Part shown: positions 31,008 to 38,933 of the stretch, piece by piece | How positions within the stretch are numbered: position 1 is the stretch's first letter | Layout of the letters: every line of letters starts with the position of its first letter | Source of the DNA: an uncultured Chloroflexia bacterium | GTDB lineage: Bacteria; Chloroflexota; Limnocylindria; QHBO01 | Assembly (NCBI GenBank): GCA_963782015.1 | Contig: CAWAHY010000004.1 | Span: 596,633 to 660,632, forward strand | DNA length: 64,000 bases | Direction: 5' to 3' | The notes under the pieces: model-generated | Database searches by the model: none | What the model was told of the DNA's origin: nothing | The model's input: the letters and a program-made list of their open reading frames with translations, nothing else | Position numbers and translations under genes: made by a program

Positions 31008-32052
31008 GTGCCGTTCGAACCACCCGCTGATCCTCGCCATGCCCGCCGCAATGCGATCTGGCGATGGGTCTCATTCACGATGGCACTGGCGCTCGTCCTG
31101 CTCGTGGTCTACCTCGGCTGGGTCGGCTACCAGGGCTCGCAGCTCTTCGCCGCCCACGCCCGCCCCGGCGACTGCCGAACGCCGACCTCCGCCTTTGGCT
31201 GGACCTACGAGGCGATCAACTACCGGATCGGATCAGACCGCGAGCTGGCGTCGTTCTCCGATCGCCTGAACTGCCCGAACCAGGGTCAGGCCGCGGGCGC
31301 GGAGCTGGTGGCGGACGACGGGACGCGGATCGCCGGCTGGTACATCCCGGCGGCGAACGGGGGTGGTCCGACGGCGCCGACCGTCGTGCTGGCGCATGCC
31401 GATGGCGCCAACAAGAGCGAGATGCTCGAATGGGCCGATCCGCTGCACGCCGCCTACAACCTCGTCCTCTTCGACTTCCGCAACCACGGTCAGAGCTCTG
31501 GTGACACCACGACCATGGGCGTTCGCGAATCGGGCGACCTGCGACTGGTGATCGACTGGCTCGAGGAGACGAAGGGGCCGACCTCGATCGCGGTGCTGGG
31601 CGTCTCCATGGGCGGCGCCGCGGCGATCAACGAGGCTGCGGCGGACCCCCGCGTGAACGCGGTCATCCTCGACTCCACCCACGCGACCCTGGCCAACGCC
31701 CTCCAGGCGCGGCTCGACCGCGACGGTTACCCGCTCTCGATGCCGGGCGCATGGTCGATCCTGCTGGGTGGCCTGCTGCGGACCGGCGAGGACATGAGCT
31801 CGGCGGACCCGGTCCAGGCGATCGGCCGCCTCGCGGGGCGGCCGGTGCTGATCATCGCGGCGGGGAGCGACCGGGCCATCGGCCCCAGCGACTCGACCGC
31901 CCTCCTCGAGGCCGCCCGGGAGGGCGGGCGGACGCGCCGAGCTGGACACCTGCACGGCCGCCGCGCATGCGACGTCGCTCGCCACGTGCGCAGACGAGTA
32001 CACCGGCTGGCTGCTCACCTTCCTCGGGCACTCGATGTCTCCTGCCCCCTGA
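31008..32052 (+). pseudogene. membrane-anchored alpha/beta hydrolase; frame disruption near the C-terminus as sequenced
   Basis: This is the first about 305 aa of the 575 aa ORF 31008..32735. It has an N-terminal TM helix, FDFRNHGQSSG, and the nucleophile elbow GVSMGG. After about 31922-31931 a natural tail ...AELDTCTAAAHATSLATCADEYTGWLLTFLGHSMSPAP-stop (TGA 32050-32052) is in the +1 frame and overlaps the next ATG. Confidence 0.7.
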
Positions 32053-32735
32053 TGCGGCGCCTCCCGCACGCCGCCGCCTTCGGCCTCGCCCTCGTCCTCG
32101 TCGCCTGCAGCACGACCCCGAGCCCGAGCCCCACGCTCAGCGGCTGTCCGACGGCGGCACCGACCGCCGGCGAGGCGACCGAGATCCTCGCCGACGCGCA
32201 GCGTGCCACCCTGGCCACGACCCTCGGATCCTTCACGATCGAGCTGGACCCGAGCAGCGCGCCGATCGCGACCGCCAACTTCGTCGCCCTGGCCCGTTGC
32301 GGCTACTACGACCAGATCAGCTTTCACCGCGTGATCTCGGGCTTCGTGATCCAGGCCGGCGACCCGGGGACCAGGTCGAATCACGGTGACTTCACCGGCG
32401 TCGGCAAGGGCGGCCCCGGCTACCAGTTCGAGGTGGAGCTGCCGGCAGCCGGCCAGGTCTACGACCGGTACACGGTGGCGATGGCGAACTCGATGCAGTA
32501 CGACGCCGTCTCCGGCGAGATCACCGGCGGGACCGATACGAACGGCAGCCAGTTCTTCATCGACCTGGCGAACCTCTCCGGACGCCTGCGGCCGTACTAC
32601 AGCGTCATCGGCAGGGTGGTGGAGGGGACCGAGGTGGTGGACTCCATCGGTGCCGTGGGCGTCAACAACGCGAGCCAGGGACTGCCGCTGGAGCCGGTGA
32701 TCATCGAGTCGGTGACGCTCGAATCCGATGCCTGA
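32052..32735 (+). CDS. peptidyl-prolyl cis-trans isomerase, cyclophilin type, lipoprotein
   Basis: ATG 32052 in the frame of ORF 31008..32735. Signal peptide with lipobox MRRLPHAAAFGLALVLVAC. Cyclophilin motifs FHRVISGFVIQAGDP, GYQF and TNGSQFFI. Confidence 0.85.
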   Translation: MRRLPHAAAFGLALVLVACSTTPSPSPTLSGCPTAAPTAGEATEILADAQRATLATTLGSFTIELDPSSAPIATANFVALARCGYYDQISFHRVISGFVIQAGDPGTRSNHGDFTGVGKGGPGYQFEVELPAAGQVYDRYTVAMANSMQYDAVSGEITGGTDTNGSQFFIDLANLSGRLRPYYSVIGRVVEGTEVVDSIGAVGVNNASQGLPLEPVIIESVTLESDA

Positions 32736-32795
32736 TCGGCCGCCATCGGCCTCAAAAGCGCTTCGGAATGTAAACGATTCTTAGTCCTCAACCGT

Positions 32796-32825
32796 TGACC
32801 GAAAGCCGACCTCTCGGGTATCCTT
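32796..32825 (+). promoter_or_regulatory. sigma-70-like promoter TTGACC-18 nt-TATCCT, preceded by an unusually A/T-rich stretch
   Basis: TTGACC at 32796-32801 and TATCCT at 32820-32825. The upstream 32755-32795 (aaaagcgcttcggaatgtaaacgattcttagtcctcaacc) is much less GC-rich than its surroundings. No ORF follows. Confidence 0.45.
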
Positions 32826-32830
32826 TGGGT

Positions 32831-32980
32831 GCTGTTCGCACAGCGATTCACCACTGATCGCAAGGCCATGGGTAGGTTTGGGTAAGGGTAGAGCGGGAAA
32901 CCGCTCGTGAAAGATGCCCTTGCGGTTAGCGAATCCGGCAGCAACGGAAGGCCCCTCTTCGGAGGGGCCTTCTCCTTGTC
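32831..32980 (+). ncRNA. candidate structured small RNA of unknown class (about 150 nt), ending in an intrinsic terminator
   Basis: This stretch has no ORF. It folds by eye into one rod. P1 pairs TGCTGTT (32831-37) with GGCAGCA (32938-44). P2 pairs GATTC (32846-50) with GAATC (32932-36). P3 pairs ATCGCAAGG (32858-66) with CCTTGCGGT (32919-27). The apical hairpin is GAGCGG-GAAA-CCGCTC (32892-32907). An 11 bp terminator stem GAAGGCCCCTC-ttcg-GAGGGGCCTTC (32948-32973) and a T/C-rich tail follow. Confidence 0.45.
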
Positions 32981-33042
32981 AGCGGTTCCGGTCGCCCGCA
33001 GCTGACAGGAGCCCGCGCCGAGCCGCTTTGGGCTGTCCGGGT

Positions 33043-33048
33043 ATGATC
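33043..33048 (+). promoter_or_regulatory. -10-like box TATGAT upstream of tRNA-Arg
   Basis: TATGAT at 33043-33048, 16 nt upstream of the mature tRNA 5' end at 33065. Confidence 0.4.
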
Positions 33049-33064
33049 GGCGGAGGCGCGCCAC

Positions 33065-33140
33065 GCGCCGGTAGCTCAGTGGATAGAGCGTCGGCCTCCG
33101 GAGCCGAAGGTCGCAGGTTCGAATCCTGTTCGGCGCGCCA
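33065..33140 (+). tRNA. tRNA-Arg (anticodon CCG), CCA encoded
   Basis: Sequence: GCGCCGGTAGCTCAGTGGATAGAGCGTCGGCCTCCGGAGCCGAAGGTCGCAGGTTCGAATCCTGTTCGGCGCGCCA. Acceptor stem GCGCCGG/TCGGCGC, anticodon stem TCGGC/GCCGA with loop CTCCGGA, and a T-loop TTCGAAT. Confidence 0.9.
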
Positions 33141-33153
33141 ATCCCTCGTCAGC

Positions 33154-35035
33154 TCAGGGTCGCGGGCCGCCCAGCGTGATGCCGGGCCCCTCCTTGATCC
33201 AGTAGGTGTCCCAGATCCCCAGCGTGATGTAGTACCAGTTCCCGGTCTGGCCGGGGAGGGTGCTGTAGCGGCTGGTGGGCGCCGACGAGGCCTGCGTGAT
33301 GGTCGCCGTGTAGCTGCCAGCCGGAACGCCGTACTGGCTGAAGCGCCTGCCCACATATGTCCCGGGCGCGAGGTACAGGGTGCGCTGCGGGTTGTAGACG
33401 GCGATCGGCGTGGGGATCGGTGGAGGCGGACCTCCCAGGCTCATGCCCGGCATGTCGAGGATCCAGTAGCCCTTCCAGGCACCGACGGTGATGAAGTACC
33501 AGTTCCCGCTCTGGTTCGGGATCGAGCTCTTCTTGACGGCCCACACCACGGTCGGGGCGGTGAACGTCAGCGGCTTGGATGCGGTCACCGTGCCATAGGT
33601 GTCGAACTTGCGACCCGTCTTCGTGCCGGCCGGGATCGTGAGCGGACGCGCCGTCTCATAGGACTCCAGCAGCTGTGTCGGTGGCGCCGCACTCACCGTG
33701 ATCTCGAGACGAACCCTGGATCCAGTAGCCGGCCCACACGCCGTTGGTCACGTAGTACCAATTGCCGCCGGTGCCGGGGACGGTGGCCCACTGGTTGGTC
33801 TGGGCCGATGACGCCTTGGTCAGGGTGTATGGCTTGGTGGCGGTGATGGCGCCGGTCGAGCTGAACTTGCGGCCGATGTAGGTGCCGGCGGCGAACAGGA
33901 GCTGGCGAGGTGGGTTGAAGATCTGACCTGGCCAGGTGTTCACCTGTGCCGCGACCTCGTTGCGGATCGCCGGCAGGAGCCCATAGAGCACCGCACCGGG
34001 GCAGCCGGTGGCCTGGTAGTCGCGGTGGCCGCCGATGTTGTTGGTCGTGATGCTCACGCCGGTGTTCGGGTTCACGTAGGTGCTGGCGCCGCGCGGATCG
34101 ATGTGGTACTTCGCCGCGGCCCAGGCCAGCAGCTTCACGAGGGACGCGCGCGCCGCGGCCGTGGGTGCCTGCGAGGTGAGGTTGCCCAGCAGCGAGATCC
34201 CCATCGAGCCCTGGTTGTAGTACCTGGCATGGCCGCCAGCGACCCCGAGCCCGCTGGCGTTGTCCGAGCTCGGGAGCTCCCCGTTCCAGAAGTCGCGCGC
34301 GTAGCGGCCCTCGTAGATCCGGCCCTGCTCGTCGATCAGGTAGTTGTAGCCGATGTCGAACCAACGCCTGGTGACCGCGTGGTAGTAGTAGATGGCACGG
34401 ACGGTGGCCGCCGGGTCGGGGTCGTTGTTGCGCCCGGCCGTGTGATGGACCACCAGCTTCTGGACCGGGGAGTACTCCCGCGGCCAGAACTCATCACCGG
34501 CCGGGTCGAAGCGGATCGACTCGTCGGCGCCCCATTGGCTCCGCGAGATGATGGGCGGCAGCGTGGTCCCGCCATCCGCCACCGCGCCCATCCCGAGCGG
34601 CAGGGGCTGCGGGCCGGAGGCATCCAGCGCCAGCACCGTGAGCCTGGCGATCGGCCGGTCGGTGTGGACTCGAACCATGCGCACGCCGTCGACGCCCATG
34701 AGGTCGCCGTACGTTTCGTCACTTGCCGGTCCGTCCCGCCCGTCGTCGGAATCATCGGTGTCGACCGCGGTCGGATCGGAGAAGACGTTGCCGTCCGTGC
34801 TGAAGGAGGCGGTGACGACCGCGTCGGGATGGCCGGCCCAGTGGATGGCGACGTGGGTGGAGTCCGGCGAGACGTCGAAGTCCCGCGTGCCGTCGACTGC
34901 CTGGGTCGTCTCGGCAGCTCGCACCTTGACCGGCCCCGGCTCGGGGCGTGGAGCCACCGGTGCCACGACGGTCAGCAGGAGCGCCACGGCCATGGCGGCG
35001 GCGATCGGACGGAGGGCGACGGAGTGGATGTGCAT
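33154..35035 (-). pseudogene. secreted N-acetylmuramoyl-L-alanine amidase (PGRP/amidase_2 domain) with three C-terminal repeats of about 65 aa; one frame disruption as sequenced
   Basis: ORF 33656..35161 from ATG 35035 gives the signal peptide MHIHSVALRPIAAAMAVALLLTVVAP. The amidase core includes KLVVHHTAGRNNDP, FDIGYNYLIDEQGRIYEGR and GGHRDYQATGCPG. The gene continues into ORF 33154..33696 after a junction near 33705-33716. Repeats end in NWYYVTNGVWAGYWI, NWYFITVGAWKGYWI and NWYYITLGIWDTYWI. Confidence 0.8.
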
Positions 35036-35177
35036 CCCCTGGAAAGGCTCGTACGGGTTCGCGGCGACTCGCCCCACCGTACCGCCATCCTCGCAGAAAT
35101 GCGCTGGCCCGGTCTGCCCAGAGCGACCCGGGACTATCGGGCTGACCCGGACATGGGGCATCAGTCATGATCGGGCC

Positions 35178-36170
35178 ATGGGCGAGCTGATCCGCCGGGA
35201 TCGCCTGGCGCGCGAACGGGAAGAGGAGCGCTCCTCGCCGATCGCCACGCGGTCGACACAGAGCCGGGGCCGATCCCGACCCGAGCAACCGGACACCTTC
35301 CGGACCGCGTTCGAGCGCGACCGCGATCGGATCATTCACTCCAAGGCCTTCCGGCGCCTCAAGCACAAGACGCAGGTCTTCCTCAACCCGGAGGGCGACC
35401 ACTTCGTCACGCGCCTGACCCACACCCTGCAGGTGGCGCAGATCGCCCGCGGCCTGGCCGCTGGCCTCTCGCTGAACGAGCCTCTGGCCGAGGCGATCGC
35501 CCTCGGCCACGATGTCGGGCACACTCCCTTCGGGCATACCGGCGAGGAGGCGCTCTCCCCCTATTTCCCGCCCGACGGCTGGCACCACGCCGCGCAGAGC
35601 GTTCGCGTCTACGAAGTGCTCGAGAACCTGAACCTGACCTGGGAGGTTCGCGACGGGATCCGCGCCCATTCGTGGAAGATCCAGCCGCCGCCATCCACGC
35701 CGGAGGCCTTTTGCGTCCGCTATGCGGATCGGATCGCCTACCTGACGCACGACGCGCTCGACGCCATCCGCGCCGGCGTCCTCGCTGCTGACTCGTTCCC
35801 GCGCGGCGTCCTGGCGAGACTCGGTGAACCGGGTCGTGCCTGGGTCGGGGAGATGATCGAGGCGGTCCTCGAGCACTCGGTGCGGGTGGGCGAGGTGCGG
35901 ATGGACGACGAGACGCTGGCCGTGATGCATGACCTGCGCGACTTCATGTTCGAGCGGGTCTACCTTGCCCCGTCGCTGCTGCGCGAGCAGCGGGCGGCCA
36001 TCGATACGCTGCGCGACCTCGTCGATCATCACCTCGCGCACCCCGACGAGATCCCGGCCAGCTACCGGGAGGACGACGCGCCACTGGTCACGCAGGTCGC
36101 CGACTATGTGGCCGGCATGACCGACCGGTTCGCTCTGGCCGCGCACGCGCGGCTGGCCGGGGCCGGCTAG
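35178..36170 (+). CDS. deoxyguanosinetriphosphate triphosphohydrolase-like HD-domain protein
   Basis: ATG 35178 in the frame of ORF 34548..36170, with CATGAT 6 nt upstream. Motifs: FERDRDRIIHSKAFRRLKHKTQVF, TRLTHTLQVAQIAR, GHDVGHTPFGH, YVAGMTDRFA. Confidence 0.85.
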   Translation: MGELIRRDRLAREREEERSSPIATRSTQSRGRSRPEQPDTFRTAFERDRDRIIHSKAFRRLKHKTQVFLNPEGDHFVTRLTHTLQVAQIARGLAAGLSLNEPLAEAIALGHDVGHTPFGHTGEEALSPYFPPDGWHHAAQSVRVYEVLENLNLTWEVRDGIRAHSWKIQPPPSTPEAFCVRYADRIAYLTHDALDAIRAGVLAADSFPRGVLARLGEPGRAWVGEMIEAVLEHSVRVGEVRMDDETLAVMHDLRDFMFERVYLAPSLLREQRAAIDTLRDLVDHHLAHPDEIPASYREDDAPLVTQVADYVAGMTDRFALAAHARLAGAG

Positions 36171-36514
36171 GGAGCCCTGCTCTCCGCGGCGTACGCCTGC
36201 GCGCTCCCGTCGTCACAGTCGAGGAAGATCCGGTCTGGACGGTCGGCCGCATCTGCGGACGGAGAGCTGCCCGGCGGTCCCCAGACCCGGCGGGTGGTAA
36301 GGCCGATGAAGGTGGAGCCGATCTCCACCGGCGACCCCTCCGCGAAGCTCGGCCCGGTCGCCGGCGTCCCGTCGGGCAGGTAGGCTCGGTCGCCCCACTG
36401 CAGCCGATCGGGGCAGCCCTCGAGACGGCTGAACGCCAACGACATGCCGTAGAGCCCAATCGCGAGGAAGACGACGATGGCGAGCCCGCCGCAGCCGATC
36501 GCCCGCCAGTTCAT
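36167..36514 (-). CDS. hypothetical membrane-anchored protein
   Basis: ORF 36167..36514 has an N-terminal TM helix (MNWRAIGCGGLAIVVFLAIGLYG). Its start overlaps the stop of the acylphosphatase gene. Confidence 0.5.
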   Translation of the reverse strand: MNWRAIGCGGLAIVVFLAIGLYGMSLAFSRLEGCPDRLQWGDRAYLPDGTPATGPSFAEGSPVEIGSTFIGLTTRRVWGPPGSSPSADAADRPDRIFLDCDDGSAQAYAAESRAP

Positions 36515-36813
36515 GGGCGCGTGATCTGGAAGCGGCCGTAGCCGCCCGAGGCGGGTGACCTGGCCGTCTCGACCCGATCCACGACCGATCCCGGCGGTCC
36601 CGCACGGAGCAGGCCTTCGAGCTCGTCGAGCTCCGCGATCGGTCCCTCCGCCACCAGCTCGACCGAGCGCTCGTCAGGCGCGTTCATGACCCAGCCGGTG
36701 AGGCCAAGCCGGTCGGCAGCGCTGCGCACCCACCACCGAAAGCCGACCCCCTGCACGCGCCCGATGACGGTCGCCGACAGGCGCTCGACCTGGGCGCCCC
36801 GCTCGACGCTCAC
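36511..36813 (-). CDS. acylphosphatase
   Basis: ORF 36511..36813: VIGRVQGVGFRWWV, GLTGWVMNAPDERSVELVAEG. Its start overlaps the holB stop. Confidence 0.8.
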   Translation of the reverse strand: MSVERGAQVERLSATVIGRVQGVGFRWWVRSAADRLGLTGWVMNAPDERSVELVAEGPIAELDELEGLLRAGPPGSVVDRVETARSPASGGYGRFQITRP

Positions 36814-37928
36814 CGCCCGGCCGCCGTTGGCCAGGCGAGCATCGCCACCTCCAGGGCGAGGCGGGGAGCCCCATTCAGCCGCAGGGCGTCACGGATCCGC
36901 TCGAGCTCGCCGATGAATGACCGGATGGCGGACTGGCCGACCACACGTGCCACGGCCTCGAGGTCGGGGAGAAGCATCGCGGCGGCGGCGATCTGCGGGC
37001 GGCCGGCCGCTGCCAGCATCAGGTCGCGCGCCAGGCCGAGCCAGGCATCGACGATCAGCAGCGCCGCCTCCCGCTGCGCGGCGCTGGTCGGCCGCGGCAC
37101 CTCGCCGTCGATGGGCGTCTCCTCGGCGCCCTCGACGAGCGGCTGTCTGCCGAGGCGCGCGGCGTCGTCGAGCAGGTCGCGGACGGAGCCGAAGCGGTCG
37201 GCACGGCCGCGCTCGAGGAGGCTGAGCAGCTCGCGCTGGGTTCTCCGTCGCCAGTCGACGGCGTCGGGGCTGCGGGCGTAGCCGATGGCGGTGCCCGGCA
37301 TGCCGCCCGCGATGCGGGCGAGATCCTCGGCCTGGTCGGCCGGCAGCCGCTCGCGGTCGATCAGCCAGGCGACCAGCTCCGCGCGGGGCACCGCGCCGAC
37401 CCGGAGCTGCTGGCTCCGCGAGCGGATCGTCGGCAGGACCCGGGTCGGCTCGTCGGCGACGAGCACGAACATGTGGCGGCCGGTCGGCTCCTCGAGCGCC
37501 TTGAGCAGGGCGTTCTGGGTCTGCTCGTTGGCCCGATCGATCCCCTCGACCAGGACCACGCGCCGCTCGCCGGCGATCGGCGCGCCGGATGTCTCCGCGA
37601 GCCAGGTTCGTGCCGACGCGACGATGCTCTCCCCGGTCGAACGGCTCTCGCGCCAGCGCTCCGGCGAGCCGATCACCAGGTCCGGATGGGTCCGGGCGCG
37701 GGCGTCGCGGCATCCGCGGCAGGCGTTGCAGGGCCGCCCCTCGGCCGGCGCCTCACAGAAGAGGAGCGCCAGCAGGTCGTCGACGAAGGCACCCTTCCCG
37801 CTCCCCGCCGGGCCGTGAACGAGCAGCGTGCGCTGGAGCCGGCCGCGGGACGAAGAGCGCTGCGCGATCGCCCGCGAGACGGGCTGCCCGAGGCTGAGAA
37901 AGCCCGGCTCGACGTGCGTCTGGCTCAC
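36810..37928 (-). CDS. holB: DNA polymerase III subunit delta-prime
   Basis: ORF 36810..37928: Walker-like HGPAGSGKGAF, zinc module CNACRGCRD, LKALEEP, and sensor TIRSRSQ. Confidence 0.85.
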   Translation of the reverse strand: MSQTHVEPGFLSLGQPVSRAIAQRSSSRGRLQRTLLVHGPAGSGKGAFVDDLLALLFCEAPAEGRPCNACRGCRDARARTHPDLVIGSPERWRESRSTGESIVASARTWLAETSGAPIAGERRVVLVEGIDRANEQTQNALLKALEEPTGRHMFVLVADEPTRVLPTIRSRSQQLRVGAVPRAELVAWLIDRERLPADQAEDLARIAGGMPGTAIGYARSPDAVDWRRRTQRELLSLLERGRADRFGSVRDLLDDAARLGRQPLVEGAEETPIDGEVPRPTSAAQREAALLIVDAWLGLARDLMLAAAGRPQIAAAAMLLPDLEAVARVVGQSAIRSFIGELERIRDALRLNGAPRLALEVAMLAWPTAAGR

Positions 37929-37934
37929 CGCCGG

Positions 37935-37940
37935 AGTATA
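37935..37940 (-). promoter_or_regulatory. -10 box TATACT, 6 nt upstream of the holB GTG (leaderless-type)
   Basis: The plus strand has agtata at 37935-37940 (TATACT on the minus strand). The spacer is ccggcg and the GTG is at 37928. Confidence 0.45.
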
Positions 37941-38140
37941 GGCAGGCGCGCTCGTAAGCCGGCGGTAACGGTCTGATCAGGCCCGATCGGCACCATCTGT
38001 CCAGCCCCGCCGGGCTGCCCGGGCACGCGCGCTGGCGGCCGGCCGGCAACCGGATCCGCCGCATCGGTGAGGCACCGGCGGGGCGCCACGCAGCGAGGAG
38101 TGCCATACTTTCCGCACGCCCCCACCTGAGAAGCGAGGAG

Positions 38141-38863
38141 ATGCCAGCCATGGCCGATCAGGTACCGACGAAAGCCCGATCGATGGTCGAGCGCATGCTC
38201 GACCCGGAAATCACCGAACAGCTCACGAAGCGCGGCCGTGCCTTTGCCGAGGCGATCAACGCGGCCGCAGAGACCGCCTCCGGACGTGCCGCCACGACCT
38301 GGCAGGATGCCGAACCGGTCCGCCGCCAGGCCGCACAGGTCGGGCGCGAAGCCCTTCGTTGGGGGAGCCGGACGTGGAGCAGAGAGATGCAGCCGAGCCT
38401 TCGCCGGCTGTGGAGCAGCCGAACCGCCGCGCTCGGCAGCGCAGGGGCGGCCGTCCCGATGGCTCGCGAGCTGATCGACGACGCCGCCGTCCGGCTCGGC
38501 ATCCGCAAGCGACGCGAGGAGCGCCACTGGGGAGCCTTCTTCGCCGGCCTGGTGATCGGCGCGGTGGCCGGCGCGATCGCAGCGATCCTGACCGCCCCGA
38601 AGGCCGGGAGCGAGATCCGCGGCGAGCTGGCCGGGACGGCGCGAGGCGCCGCCACTCGTGCCAGGGAGGTCGCCGGGCGAGCTCGCGAAGCGGCCGCATC
38701 CGCCGGTGAATGGGTCCCCATCTTCCAGCGGGACGGGGTCGGCCAGACGAACGGCGAGGCCACGGCCGAGACGGTCGAGGCGCCGGAGGTCAAACCGGCG
38801 GCCCAGGGCCGCAAGCGAGCCGCGAGCAGCGCTCCGATCGAGGAGGGCGAGCAGCCCGGCTGA
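38141..38863 (+). CDS. YtxH domain-containing protein
   Basis: ORF 38141..38863; ATG 38150 is an alternative start and GAGGAG lies at 38135-38140. It has one TM helix followed by the YtxH signature FFAGLVIGAVAGAIAAILTAPKAGSEIRGEL. Confidence 0.7.
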   Translation: MPAMADQVPTKARSMVERMLDPEITEQLTKRGRAFAEAINAAAETASGRAATTWQDAEPVRRQAAQVGREALRWGSRTWSREMQPSLRRLWSSRTAALGSAGAAVPMARELIDDAAVRLGIRKRREERHWGAFFAGLVIGAVAGAIAAILTAPKAGSEIRGELAGTARGAATRAREVAGRAREAAASAGEWVPIFQRDGVGQTNGEATAETVEAPEVKPAAQGRKRAASSAPIEEGEQPG

Positions 38864-38885
38864 GCACCGAAGCGACCGAATGCAG

Positions 38886-38909
38886 GAGGCCGGCCCAGGG
38901 GCCGGCCTC
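38886..38909. terminator. GC-rich hairpin between convergent genes (probable bidirectional terminator)
   Basis: GAGGCCGGCC-cagg-GGCCGGCCTC, a 10 bp perfect stem, lies between the stop of the YtxH gene (38863) and the stop of the NYN gene (38934). Confidence 0.55.
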
Positions 38910-38933
38910 GTTGCGTTCGCCGCGATGCTCAGG

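Noticed and set aside
32831-32980. Assigning the candidate RNA to a known class (cobalamin riboswitch because of CACCACUG...AAGGC, SRP RNA because of GGUGCUGUU and a GNRA hairpin, or 6S, RNase P, tmRNA).
   Set aside because: The order and spacing of elements do not fit the cobalamin core or B12 box. There is no GGAAG..AGCA SRP helix-8 motif, no GAGGAAAGUCC P4 element and no tRNA-like end. It is left as unknown class pending a covariance-model scan.
29784-33160. Genomic island or integrated element at tRNA-Asp or tRNA-Arg.
   Set aside because: No integrase, recombinase or phage gene flanks either tRNA. I saw no duplicated tRNA 3' end nearby. The neighbouring genes have the same composition and housekeeping character as the rest of the window.
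35036-35177. Possible c-di-AMP (ydaO-type) riboswitch in the 5' region of the cell-wall amidase gene. Such riboswitches often precede wall hydrolases.
   Set aside because: The available leader is only about 70-100 nt. It shows only vague resemblance (ACGGUGGGGCGAG, GAACCCGUACGAGCC) and lacks the paired pseudo-symmetric core elements I remember. The evidence is insufficient.
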